DNA of 64,000 bases, taken from contig JAMDDE010000015.1 in NCBI GenBank assembly GCA_023489235.1, positions 10,226 to 74,225 of the forward strand, written 5' to 3'. The translations under genes and the position numbers were made by a program. The notes beneath the pieces were generated by a model. The model did not search any database. It was not told the origin of the DNA and saw only the letters and a list, made by a program, of their open reading frames with translations. The first letter of the stretch is position 1. The number at the start of each line of letters is the position of its first letter. Shown here piece after piece: positions 20,077 through 28,954 of this stretch. Source of the stretch: Actinomycetota bacterium. GTDB lineage: Bacteria; Actinomycetota; Acidimicrobiia; Acidimicrobiales; JAMDDE01.

Positions 20077-20108
20077 ACAGTGCCTGCACACAATACCGTT
20101 CTGCAACG

Positions 20109-20130
20109 GTAGGGATGTGCACATCCCTAC
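20109..20130. promoter_or_regulatory. Perfect 22-bp palindrome (candidate operator)
   Basis: GTAGGGATGTGCACATCCCTAC is its own reverse complement. It lies between the divergent starts at 19915 (-) and 20297 (+). Confidence 0.45.
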
Positions 20131-20296
20131 AACATGCTGTGCAGAGATCACAGCTTGGTGAAGAGCCAACTGTTGTCAACCCGAGTTCTCAGGCAATTCT
20201 TAGGTTTGCTTAAAGGAAATGTTAATTCTCGTGAGGAAGGCTTGAGTCCATGGAGTTAACCCCTGAAGGAGCATCCTCTACTGTAGTGATTACCAA

Positions 20297-21517
20297 ATGA
20301 CCTCTTCCACCAACAGTTTTGATGTTGTGGTAGTTGGGGGTGGTGTGATCGGCCTGTCCATTGCTTGGAGAGTAGGGCAAGAAGGATTGAGGGTGGCCCT
20401 CGTAGATCCCGATCCTGGTGGAGGAGTGTCATCTATAGCAGCAGGGATGTTGGGTCCTACTACCACGAGATCTGCGTATGCTGAGGAAGAGTTACAAAAT
20501 TTCAACGCCATCTCTGCTGCAGCATATCCAGCTTTCTCTATTGAGCTGGAGGAAGTTTCTGGCATGAAGGTTGGATACGAACACTCTGGTGGAATATTGG
20601 TAGCCGTGGATGCAAAGGCTGGTGAGGGTCCAGAACTTTCATTTCCAGCAGCTGATGGCCATCGCGGGGATGGAGTGAGGTTCATAGAGAGCGTATACAA
20701 GTATCAAGCCAGTCTGGGATTACCAGTTCAGATGATCAGCTCGGAGCAGTGTAGGTTGCTTGAGCCCTGTATATCTCCTCAGGCGACGATGGCGGTGTTG
20801 TACGAGGACGAAGGGCATGTCGACTCCAGACGGTTGTGCCAGGCGTTGGTACGAGCATGCCGTGCAGTGGAGGTAAATATTCATCTTCACCGTGTCGTTC
20901 ACCTTATTACCAAGGGTAGGGAGGCAAAGGGCGTTCTATTGGATGATGGTAGGCAATTGGATGCTGCCTCCATTGTCCTTGCAGCTGGAGCCTGGTCCCA
21001 CTTGCTGAACGGCTTACCTGAGATGGTGGTGCAGCCATTACGCCCCTTGAAAGGTCAGGTTGTTCGAGTACGTAGCCGTATGGATGCAGTCTACGAGGTA
21101 CCCTCTCGAACCATTCGTGCTCATGTGAACGGTCGTCACGTGTATGTAGTTCCTCAACTAGGAGGGCAAGCGGTTGTTGGAGCTACGTTGGAGGATGAGG
21201 GGTACGATACCTCCGTTACCGTGGAGGCCGTGCACAGACTTTTGCACGATGCCTCTTTGGTCGTGCCTTCCATCGGAGGTATGGAAGTAGTCAACCTAGG
21301 AGCTGGACTTCGCCCAGTAGCTGCTGACAATGTTCCTATGATAGGAGCCTCTTTTGTGGAAGGCTTATTCTTGGCCACGGGTCATGGAAGGAATGGGGTT
21401 CTGCTGGCACCTGCTACGGCAGAGGCGGTATGCAAACTTATAACCAAGGGAGTAGTAGACGAATCCATCCGCCCATTTTCTCCAAAACGCTTCTACCGCG
21501 AAACAGATGGGTCATGA
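20297..21517 (+). CDS. FAD-dependent glycine/D-amino-acid oxidase family protein (ThiO-like)
   Basis: 406-aa ORF with an N-terminal FDVVVVGGGVIGLSIAW dinucleotide-binding motif, a DAO-family layout and a C-terminal GHGRNGVLLAP motif. Confidence 0.8.
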   Translation: MTSSTNSFDVVVVGGGVIGLSIAWRVGQEGLRVALVDPDPGGGVSSIAAGMLGPTTTRSAYAEEELQNFNAISAAAYPAFSIELEEVSGMKVGYEHSGGILVAVDAKAGEGPELSFPAADGHRGDGVRFIESVYKYQASLGLPVQMISSEQCRLLEPCISPQATMAVLYEDEGHVDSRRLCQALVRACRAVEVNIHLHRVVHLITKGREAKGVLLDDGRQLDAASIVLAAGAWSHLLNGLPEMVVQPLRPLKGQVVRVRSRMDAVYEVPSRTIRAHVNGRHVYVVPQLGGQAVVGATLEDEGYDTSVTVEAVHRLLHDASLVVPSIGGMEVVNLGAGLRPVAADNVPMIGASFVEGLFLATGHGRNGVLLAPATAEAVCKLITKGVVDESIRPFSPKRFYRETDGS

Positions 21518-21678
21518 GTACTTACGGGTACTATTCGATTCAACCAATACTGCAGTGCAAATAACCGTGCTTACCTGACATAGATGAACAAGTACTATTC
21601 GATTTAACCTTTGGGAAGAGCGGAATTCAACCTCTGGAAAGAACCGTATCTGGTTGGTAGAGAGGAGGCTTTGGTGAC

Positions 21679-22692
21679 GTGGGTGCAGATGTCAGTAGCC
21701 ATGTGCTGAGTGTTGCAGTACCTCCAGCAGGTGTGAACATAGTGAGAGGTTTGCGTGATCGAGGCATTCTTCCTGGTTTCGTCGAACCAGTGGAGGTAGG
21801 TGTAGACGGCACTGTGAAGGGAGCTTCCTTGGAGGACATAAAGGTGGCCTGGCAAGTAGCTGTATGGTCCCCTGAGTGGTTTGCCGTTTGCATGAGGGCT
21901 CTTCCTGCCCTTGAATGGTTGCACTCTGATTTTGTTGGAACCGATCAGCTCCCCCTTGACGACCTAGCGAAGCGAGGGATCGTATTTACTAATGGAGCAG
22001 GGAATTTTTCTCGGCCAATGGCTGAGTGGGTGATACTTGCGGCAATGGCCGCCTCAAAAGAGTTATTCAAATTCATTCATGCCTCGGAGCAAGGGGAATG
22101 GAACCGGAAGATTTACCCTAAAGAATTGTCTGGTTCGATAATGTGTCTTCTGGGTCTTGGATCGGTAGGCCAATTAGTGGCAGAGATGGCCTCTTGTTTG
22201 GGTATAAAGGTGAGAGCAGTCACTCGCCATCCGCGCACCTTCTTGCCGAGGGGAGTGAGAGAGCTGATTCCATACGCCAACTGGCATGATCATCTAAGCG
22301 ATGTCGACTTCTTGGTGTGCGCTCTTCCCCTTACCGAGGAAACTGCCAACATGGTGAATGAGTCCACTTTTGCTTTGATGAAAGAAACGGCTTGGTTGAT
22401 CAACGTTGCCCGAGGCGGCATTGTAGATGAGGCTGCTCTAGTACGAGCTTTGGATGATGGCCGAATAGGCGGGGCAGTTCTCGATGCCTTTGTAGTCGAG
22501 CCCCTCCCCCCGAACCATCCGTTGTGGAGGCGCTCTAATGTCCTAGTGCTCCCACATCGTAGTTGGTACTCACCTCAGGTGGAAGAGCGAACAACTCAGC
22601 TATTCGCCAGCCAGCTGTACCGCTGGATCGAAGGTAAGCCTCTTCGCAATGTCGTAGATCCTGCCCTTGGCTATGCCCCCGGTGAGTTATGA
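21679..22692 (+). CDS. D-isomer-specific 2-hydroxyacid dehydrogenase (glyoxylate/hydroxypyruvate-reductase-like)
   Basis: 337-aa ORF with the NAD motif GLGSVGQLVA, then NVARGGIVDEAAL and a catalytic PHRSW region. It has a GTG start after GAGGAGG. Confidence 0.85.
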   Translation: MGADVSSHVLSVAVPPAGVNIVRGLRDRGILPGFVEPVEVGVDGTVKGASLEDIKVAWQVAVWSPEWFAVCMRALPALEWLHSDFVGTDQLPLDDLAKRGIVFTNGAGNFSRPMAEWVILAAMAASKELFKFIHASEQGEWNRKIYPKELSGSIMCLLGLGSVGQLVAEMASCLGIKVRAVTRHPRTFLPRGVRELIPYANWHDHLSDVDFLVCALPLTEETANMVNESTFALMKETAWLINVARGGIVDEAALVRALDDGRIGGAVLDAFVVEPLPPNHPLWRRSNVLVLPHRSWYSPQVEERTTQLFASQLYRWIEGKPLRNVVDPALGYAPGEL

Positions 22693-22756
22693 CCGCTTCC
22701 TAGAGGTTATGCTTAGAGATTCCATGACCCTCAGTTCCTGTAGTTTTTAGGAACAC

Positions 22757-24127
22757 TCATAAAGCCTTTTCCAGCTGCTGGGCAGCTATGAGCAAGGGAT
22801 CCCAAACAGGGGCAAAAGGAGGCGCATAGGAGAGGTCGAGTGCGTTGAACTGCTCTACGGTCATTCCTGCATGAAGAGCAGTTGCCACTACGTCGATCCG
22901 TTTGGCTGCCCCTGAACGACCAATGATTTGCCCTCCTATGAGCTTGCCAGTTTTGCGGTCTGCTAGTAGCTTGACCTTCAAAGGGGATGCCCCGGGGTAG
23001 TAATGAGCCTTGTTGCCAGCGGTGATCAAGGAGGTGGCTACCTCGAATCCTTCATTGGATGCCTCGGCTTCTCCAAGACCGGTCCTAGCTACCTCTAGAT
23101 CGAATACCTTGGCTACCGCAGTTCCTACAACCCCTCCAAAGCGTACCCGCCCCCCTACCATGTTTTCACCGGCTATACGGCCTTGCTTGTTGGCTGTGGT
23201 ACCCAGAGGTATCCAAGCTCGTTTGCCGGTTATTAGGTGAGTAGATGCAGTACAGTCACCTGCAGACCAAACGCCGTCTACGGGGGTCCGCATGTAGTCG
23301 TCGGTGGCTATTGCTCCTGTCTCGTCTCGGGGAATCCCAGCAGCATCGGCTAGTTCTGTAGCTGGACGTACACCACTGGAGAATATGACTAAATCAGCAG
23401 GGAGAGACCTCGAGGTAGTAGTCACCCCGCTGACCCTTCCTGTAGGGGTGTCTTCCACGGCTACCAGGGCTTCTTCGGTGAATACCTCAACCCCTTTGTC
23501 GAGCAGTTCAGCTGCTACGAGCTCGGACATCTCCGGATCTACGGTCGAGAACACCCGAGGGAGCATTTCAACTACTGCAACTTCATGCCCAAGAGCTTTT
23601 ACGGCCTCGGCAAGCTCCATTCCCACATATCCCCCTCCTACGATCACTACTCTGAGCGGTTTTTTGTGTAACGCTTCGGAATCGGCCAATATAGCTCTGA
23701 GTAACAAACCGTCATCGAAGTTGCGCAGGACAACTGATCCCTCAGCATCCACTCCCTTGACGGGAGGCTTGGTAGCTACTGCACCGGTAGAAAGCAATAG
23801 CTGATCGAATGGTTCTTTGTACTCTTTTCCAGCCTCTTTGTCTACCACTTTTACATTGCGATGATCCAAATCGATCTCCACTACTTCGTTGAACCTTCGG
23901 AGGTCTATGCCATCTTCGGCAAAGCGCTCTGGGGATCTAGCTATCAACATTCTTGCATCTGGTACAAGTCCCTCGACATAGTACGGCAGCCCGCAGGCGG
24001 CATACGAGGCTGTACCTGTACGTTCCAGCACTACAACCGATATATTCTTGGAGATCCTAACTGCTTTGGATGCTGCGCTCATGCCTGCTGCATCTCCGCC
24101 TACTATGACAATTCTTTCCGCCACCAC
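22757..24127 (-). CDS. CoA-disulfide reductase / NADH oxidase family pyridine nucleotide-disulfide oxidoreductase
   Basis: 456-aa ORF with IVIVGGDAAGMSAA, a single redox cysteine in SYAACGLPYY, a second Rossmann motif (VVIVGGGYVGMELA) and a C-terminal dimerisation domain. Confidence 0.85.
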   Translation of the reverse strand: MVAERIVIVGGDAAGMSAASKAVRISKNISVVVLERTGTASYAACGLPYYVEGLVPDARMLIARSPERFAEDGIDLRRFNEVVEIDLDHRNVKVVDKEAGKEYKEPFDQLLLSTGAVATKPPVKGVDAEGSVVLRNFDDGLLLRAILADSEALHKKPLRVVIVGGGYVGMELAEAVKALGHEVAVVEMLPRVFSTVDPEMSELVAAELLDKGVEVFTEEALVAVEDTPTGRVSGVTTTSRSLPADLVIFSSGVRPATELADAAGIPRDETGAIATDDYMRTPVDGVWSAGDCTASTHLITGKRAWIPLGTTANKQGRIAGENMVGGRVRFGGVVGTAVAKVFDLEVARTGLGEAEASNEGFEVATSLITAGNKAHYYPGASPLKVKLLADRKTGKLIGGQIIGRSGAAKRIDVVATALHAGMTVEQFNALDLSYAPPFAPVWDPLLIAAQQLEKAL

Positions 24128-24416
24128 TACCTCCTTTTAGCAGGCTCATAGAAGATGTTTACTACTTTTACAGTAGTCGGTCGATGTCCCTTCAGTCTCA
24201 TCCGGACTTTCTTGGTCTCGGTCAGAAACTTTGAACAGCGTCCTGACTGCGGTTACTCCATCAAGTTGCTCTATCAAGTTGTAATGGATGTGGTGGTTGG
24301 TGGGGTGTCGCGTGAGTGAACCAGGGCTTCCAACTTCCTCTACTTGGTTAGATTAGGTCGCGTTCCGCACAACTGCTTTCCGTTCAGCGTGGACCTGGAG
24401 GTTCGTAAAAGTTGGA

Positions 24417-24436
24417 ATAAACCCCAAGGGGTATGT
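24417..24436. promoter_or_regulatory. Candidate CsoR-family operator (C4/G4 inverted repeat)
   Basis: ATAAACCCC-AA-GGGGTATGT, with 7 of 9 arm positions complementary. It lies 77 bp upstream of the csoR-like start codon. A GTGTTGCCAACAAC-AC hairpin follows immediately. Confidence 0.5.
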
Positions 24437-24512
24437 GTTGCCAACAACACTAGGTTCAAGAAACAGTAGGAGATCCAGAGACAACGAGGTTGGTTGAACA
24501 AGGAACGGCACA

Positions 24513-24782
24513 ATGGAGTTTCAAGAGGAGGTGGTGACAGAGGTACTACGTAGGTTGAGGCGAGCAGAGGGCCAGGTAAGGGGTATAGAGCGTATGCTCG
24601 TCGAAGAGCGGGATTGTCGGGAGATCATCAACCAATTGGCTGCTGCTATACGAGCATTGGAACAAGCAGGAGTGCGATTGCTTGCCAACGGGTTAACCTA
24701 CTGCATCCAACATCCCGACGAAAGCTCATCCAATGGTTACACCACAAAAGAAATAGAGGATTTGCTTCTCAAACTACGATGA
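24513..24782 (+). CDS. CsoR/RcnR-family (DUF156) transcriptional repressor, CstR-like Cys-only fingerprint
   Basis: 89-aa ORF. LRRLRRAEGQVRGIERML is the family signature. Cysteines sit in ERDCREI and GLTYCIQ. The position aligning with the CsoR copper-ligand His appears to be Gly (alignment done from memory). Confidence 0.85.
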   Translation: MEFQEEVVTEVLRRLRRAEGQVRGIERMLVEERDCREIINQLAAAIRALEQAGVRLLANGLTYCIQHPDESSSNGYTTKEIEDLLLKLR

Positions 24783-25011
24783 CAACTCAAAAGCTAGCCA
24801 TCGTTGCGTCGAGAAGTCTGATGATCATCTTAAAAGGCCAACAGTAATGATTTGGAGCTCTTCCAAAGGAGACTCTCTTCGAGGACAGAGTTTTCCTAAC
24901 TCGGCCAGGTGATTGATCAAAGCCTTCCCAAAGGATGTTGTCTCAAGGGGCAGGCAATGAATGCAAAACGGTAAGATTTTAATAAATAGATAGTGCAAAG
25001 GAGAAATTTTA

Positions 25012-25368
25012 GTGGCAGTTATTACCCATGCAGATACGGAACAGGCTTTTGAAGATGAAGTAATCAACTCCGACATACCCGTAGTCGTGGATTTCTGGGC
25101 AGCTTGGTGTGCTCCTTGCAGGATGGTTGCACCTGAACTGGAGGAGTTGGCAGAGGTTCATGACGGGACCGTAAAGGTCGTAAAGGTTGACGTGGACTCC
25201 AATCCTGAGGTGGCAGCAAGATACCAGATCTTCAGCATACCCACGATTGGTTTGTTCGACGGAGGCGAGCTAGTAGGCGTTACCATCGGAGCAAAGCCAC
25301 GTAGATCCATCGAGGCCGAGCTAGGTCTTGCTTCTCTAGTAGCTCGCAAGAGCAGTTCCAGCAATTAA
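25012..25368 (+). CDS. trxA: Thioredoxin
   Basis: 118-aa ORF with a GTG start after AAAGGAGAAA. The active site is WAAWCAPCRM, i.e. WCAPC rather than the canonical WCGPC. Confidence 0.92.
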   Translation: MAVITHADTEQAFEDEVINSDIPVVVDFWAAWCAPCRMVAPELEELAEVHDGTVKVVKVDVDSNPEVAARYQIFSIPTIGLFDGGELVGVTIGAKPRRSIEAELGLASLVARKSSSSN

Positions 25369-25379
25369 AGAATACTGAT

Positions 25380-25760
25380 ATGCATGGGATCGAGGCTATA
25401 GTTGCTCTGCCGATGACAGAGGTGGAAAGCGCTGTAAAGCGTGCTCTGGCAGATCATGGTTTCGGAGTGCTCAGCGAGATTGATGTTTCCTCTGTGCTGG
25501 CAGAAAAGATAGGGGTGCAAAGGCCTCCACTAAAGATCTTAGGTGCTTGCAATCCGCAGATAGCTCATCGTGCCTTGGAGCGAGATCCAAGTGTGAGCCT
25601 TCTGCTCCCCTGCAATGTAGTCCTAGAGTCTCTTGGGGAGAACTCCACAAAAGTAACTGCCGTTGACCCATCGGAGCTGATGACAGGTGAAGACTTCAAC
25701 GATCTAGCCACAGAGGCAAAAGAGCGATTGCAACAAGCCTTGTCGCAGCTGCCTTCGTGA
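25380..25760 (+). CDS. DUF302 domain protein
   Basis: 126-aa ORF. GFGVLSEIDVS...ILGACNPQIAHRAL...LLLPCNVVL matches my memory of the DUF302 pattern. Confidence 0.8.
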   Translation: MHGIEAIVALPMTEVESAVKRALADHGFGVLSEIDVSSVLAEKIGVQRPPLKILGACNPQIAHRALERDPSVSLLLPCNVVLESLGENSTKVTAVDPSELMTGEDFNDLATEAKERLQQALSQLPS

Positions 25761-25834
25761 CCTTCTCTCCACCCTACTTGTTACCTTCGCCAGGGATTTC
25801 CTTGTTGGGCCTTTGGCCCAAGCGCCTATCCATT

Positions 25835-25860
25835 CCGGCCCTAAAGGGTCGGAGTTTTCG
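25835..25860 (+). terminator. Candidate intrinsic terminator of the trxA-DUF302 unit
   Basis: CCGGCCC-TAAA-GGGTCGG forms a 7-bp stem (one G-U pair) followed by AGTTTTC. A second hairpin, TTGGGCC-TTT-GGCCCAA, lies at 25805-25821. Confidence 0.5.
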
Positions 25861-25872
25861 GCGCGTTTCTGG

Positions 25873-26523
25873 CTAAGAGGAGAGTGCAGTTCGTACAGGA
25901 GGTAAGGCAGCCCTGACCAATACATCTATTGCTCGATGCTCTCCCTCCTCGTCGTTGACGATGCGAATTGCATCGCGAGAGCTCACTAGCTCAAGTTGTT
26001 GCCCTAACGGGTCGGCGTTTATATCCTCTACAACCTCATCAGGAGTGTATAAAACAGACGGGTCGCGTGGCCCTAGATAACCATCCGTCAAATTAGCAAG
26101 GTGATGCGCTACCACGAGGAGGGTCCCTCCAGGTCCAACTGCTTTCGCCGCCTTACTCAACACAGTACGTCGTTGCTCTCTCGGTAGCTGCACATAGAAA
26201 AGAAGCACGAGATCAAAGGCGCGCTCCTCAGGCTCGTACTCCAATAAATCAGCTTCAATCCATTTTATCCCCTCTATTCCCTTCATCGCGGCATACCGAC
26301 GACCCTTGTTTATGCCTACCGAAGAGAAGTCCACTGCCACAACCTGCCATCCTTTGGATGCCAACCACAAAGAATTACGTCCTTCCCCGGCACCCAAATC
26401 CAAAGCCTTTCCGGGCGGCATATCGTCTACCTCTTGCACCAGGAATTGATTGGGAAGATCACCCCATACCAACTCTCGCTCGGCATAACGCTTGTTCCAA
26501 GTTGTGGCATCCATAGACATCAT
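25873..26523 (-). CDS. Class I SAM-dependent methyltransferase (TehB-like)
   Basis: The ORF is open to 26631, but the conserved sequence begins at MMSMDATTWNKRY, so I moved the start to about 26523. It has SAM motif I (ALDLGAGEGRNSLWLA) and VVAVDFS. Confidence 0.8.
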   Translation of the reverse strand: MMSMDATTWNKRYAERELVWGDLPNQFLVQEVDDMPPGKALDLGAGEGRNSLWLASKGWQVVAVDFSSVGINKGRRYAAMKGIEGIKWIEADLLEYEPEERAFDLVLLFYVQLPREQRRTVLSKAAKAVGPGGTLLVVAHHLANLTDGYLGPRDPSVLYTPDEVVEDINADPLGQQLELVSSRDAIRIVNDEEGEHRAIDVLVRAALPPVRTALSS

Positions 26524-26576
26524 TATTATTGTTGCATGAATACTCCTGATGTGTTGACAGGTGGTATGAAGGCTGT

Positions 26577-27047
26577 GTGAAAATCGCTTGGCAAAGAGTA
26601 CTCCTATGGCTTCTGATCGCTTTGTACTCATGGATCGAAGGGGGATTACGCACTTTCACCATGCCGGCTGTAGTTCTAGTTGGCATGGCCGTAACTTTTT
26701 TCCTTGGATTTGGTTTGATACTTTCCTTGCCTGCAAGCGCTCTGCCAATAGTCCGAAGAACTATCGAAAGAGCGTCCAAATCCCAATATTCAGCTACAAG
26801 TCGATCGTCAGATGGGGAAAAGACTTCAACTGTAAGACCAATAACGCTTGCCTCATGGCTAGTAGTAGCTCTGACGGTTACTGCTTTCGAGCTCATGGAG
26901 TTGTTCCAACTGCCTAGGAAAACTCACCCGACCATCAGCTCCTTGATCGTCCCTTTGCTCGCCCATTCACATTTGCTCCATAGTCTAGCCTTTTTTGCCT
27001 GGTTAATAGCTGCCTGGTGGATCGTAAGGGACTGGGCAGAGCTATGA
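26577..27047 (+). CDS. Putative integral membrane protein
   Basis: 156-aa ORF with about four hydrophobic helices. An antisense 145-aa ORF (26459-26896) competes with it. The start could instead be at 26661. Confidence 0.4.
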   Translation: MKIAWQRVLLWLLIALYSWIEGGLRTFTMPAVVLVGMAVTFFLGFGLILSLPASALPIVRRTIERASKSQYSATSRSSDGEKTSTVRPITLASWLVVALTVTAFELMELFQLPRKTHPTISSLIVPLLAHSHLLHSLAFFAWLIAAWWIVRDWAEL

Positions 27048-27124
27048 GCTATAGGGCAGAGAAAAAGATGAAGATACCATGGCGTAGGGCACGAGGACTG
27101 CGTGGTGAAGAGTAGAAGATCAAG

Positions 27125-27340
27125 TTGGGGCAAATGATCAACCTATCCAAATCGGCTATCGCCTACACCTGGTACGGCCTTGGATTGCTTGTAGCAGCTC
27201 TTGTCATCGCTGGAATAGCATGGCCTACGAAAGCACCCAAATTGAGCTCCTTGCTCAACTGGCTAAAGCGATCAACCTGGGGCAGGTGGCTGCTCCTGTT
27301 GGGATGGATGTGGGTTGGATGGCACTTCTTCGTAAGATGA
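27125..27340 (+). CDS. Putative small membrane protein
   Basis: 71-aa ORF with two hydrophobic, Trp-rich segments. No homology recognised. Confidence 0.35.
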   Translation: MGQMINLSKSAIAYTWYGLGLLVAALVIAGIAWPTKAPKLSSLLNWLKRSTWGRWLLLLGWMWVGWHFFVR

Positions 27341-27483
27341 CCTCTGCATCAGGCAGCACAGCTCCAGTTACGTTAGGTTGAATGGCACTTCTTCATAGAA
27401 TGACCAACCGCGCCCCGCAAAGTCCCTGGCTCATATACATAGAGAAGATATCAGAAGAAACGGGCCCAACGGTTACACGGTGA

Positions 27484-28954
27484 ACTTAGGGCTTCACAGG
27501 ACAGTACGGCTGGGTGTGGGCGGGCAGATTCTTCGCTCCGTTGGCATAGGAGTAACCTCTGCCTCCGTTACAAGCAATGAACGCCCCTGGCCTGCCGTCA
27601 GCTTGGCTGATGATGCTCGGGTCGTACTTCTCTATGTGGAAGTCGGAGACTGGGTCTATGGTGCCCGCAGAGAAGCTCCAAGACCCGAACATCCCTCCAG
27701 GTGTGGAGTGGGGTAACCTGGCAAGCCCCTCGGAGAAGCTCTGAGGGGTCAAGTAAGGACCTGCTGCTTGCAGACCATCGAAGAACTGGAGTAAGGAAGA
27801 GTAGTCCAGTGGGTAAAGGGGTTCTATCTTCCCTGATACGTGGGCCATTCTCCAAGTCTGTACAGCCTCCTGATCTGACCTCAGAGGCAGTCCAGAGGTA
27901 AACATGTGGATGGTTTGAGCTGGAGGAAGGAGCTGAGCCAAGGGGCTCAGTCCCGTGGTGATAGCAAACTCTGGCTGTATGTACCACTCTGGATAGTAGT
28001 TCTGTTCATCGGCTGCTTTGGTGAGGAATATAGGGGTTACAGGATCAGCCCCTATATACAAGATGGTGGTCACTCCTGCCGACTTGAACTGAGCTATGGC
28101 GCTTTGTGCCTGACTCTCCAAGGTGGAGAGGTCGAATGAGTAACCTACTTGGATGGCAGGATGAACCCCGTAATGGGAGAGGTCGGAGACTACCAAATCC
28201 TTGGCGGCAATGACCTGGGGGTTGTTCTCCATGTAGAGTATCCCTATTACCCTCTTCTTGTGGGTCAGGGCCTTGCCTGCATAAATAGCAGGCAATCCGC
28301 TCATCTCCTTGCCCACGATAGCTGCTGCTGCAACAGCAGCCTTGGACAAGTCTGGGCCAGGGGTGTACACATACGGTGCACGCTTGGCGAACCAAGAGGC
28401 GGTCTCCGTGTAGAGACTGAAGGCTATTACATGCTGAGCAACAAGGTCATCATTGTACAGAAGACTAGAGTCGATCAAGGACATATCAGCGAAGGCACCC
28501 ATGCTCTTGGCAGTAACGGCATCTGCTTGAGCTTGCGGAGCTCCCTTGCCCACATCCTCGTTGATGAAGTTGCCCTGACCCATGAAAGGCTTTAGCACCA
28601 CATGGCGACCGTAGAGCTCGAAGTAGTGGTTGAAGACCTTTATGTAAGCGTTCAAGGTGCGTATGGTCTCCTGGTTGGTGCCAATGGCCCACTTGGGTAT
28701 CAAGGCATAGAGCAAGCTCAACTCCGAGGAGGAGGCCAACCTGTAGGTAAGGGTAATGGTGGTAGCGGTCACTCCAGGGGCAGTAGCCCCTCCGTTGTTA
28801 CCGTGCCAGGCAGGCTGGCACCAAGGAGAGTAATGAGACCAAGGCAACTGGCGTACCCCGGGACCACACCTTATGCCAGCCACGGTCAAGCCGGGAGCCT
28901 GAGGAGTGGTTGCCGGAGTGATCCCAGAGGGAACCGGAGAAGTGGAGGTAGTTG
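27484..28954. repeat. 1471-bp direct repeat, copy 1 (identical to 33357-34827)
   Basis: Base-by-base reading at both ends fixes a constant offset of 5873 bp. All six-frame ORF translations inside the two copies are identical. Confidence 0.9.

Noticed and set aside
20141-20210. Glycine-riboswitch-like fragments (CAGAGA ... GGTGAAGAGCCAA ... TTCTCAGGCAA) upstream of the glycine-oxidase-like gene.
   Set aside because: CTCAGGCAA matches the consensus, and a short UCAC/GUGA stem can be drawn. The GAAGGAGCAA core matches at only 7 of 10 positions, and I could not build a credible P3 helix. A covariance-model scan (the Rfam glycine model) would settle it. I also saw no TPP-riboswitch core (CUGAGA ... 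CCAGCG).
26459-26896. 145-aa minus-strand ORF antisense to the putative membrane protein.
   Set aside because: Its C-terminal half reads as low-quality sequence and overlaps the methyltransferase N-terminus out of frame. The plus-strand ORF has a consistent multi-helix membrane profile. Neither can be proven from sequence alone.
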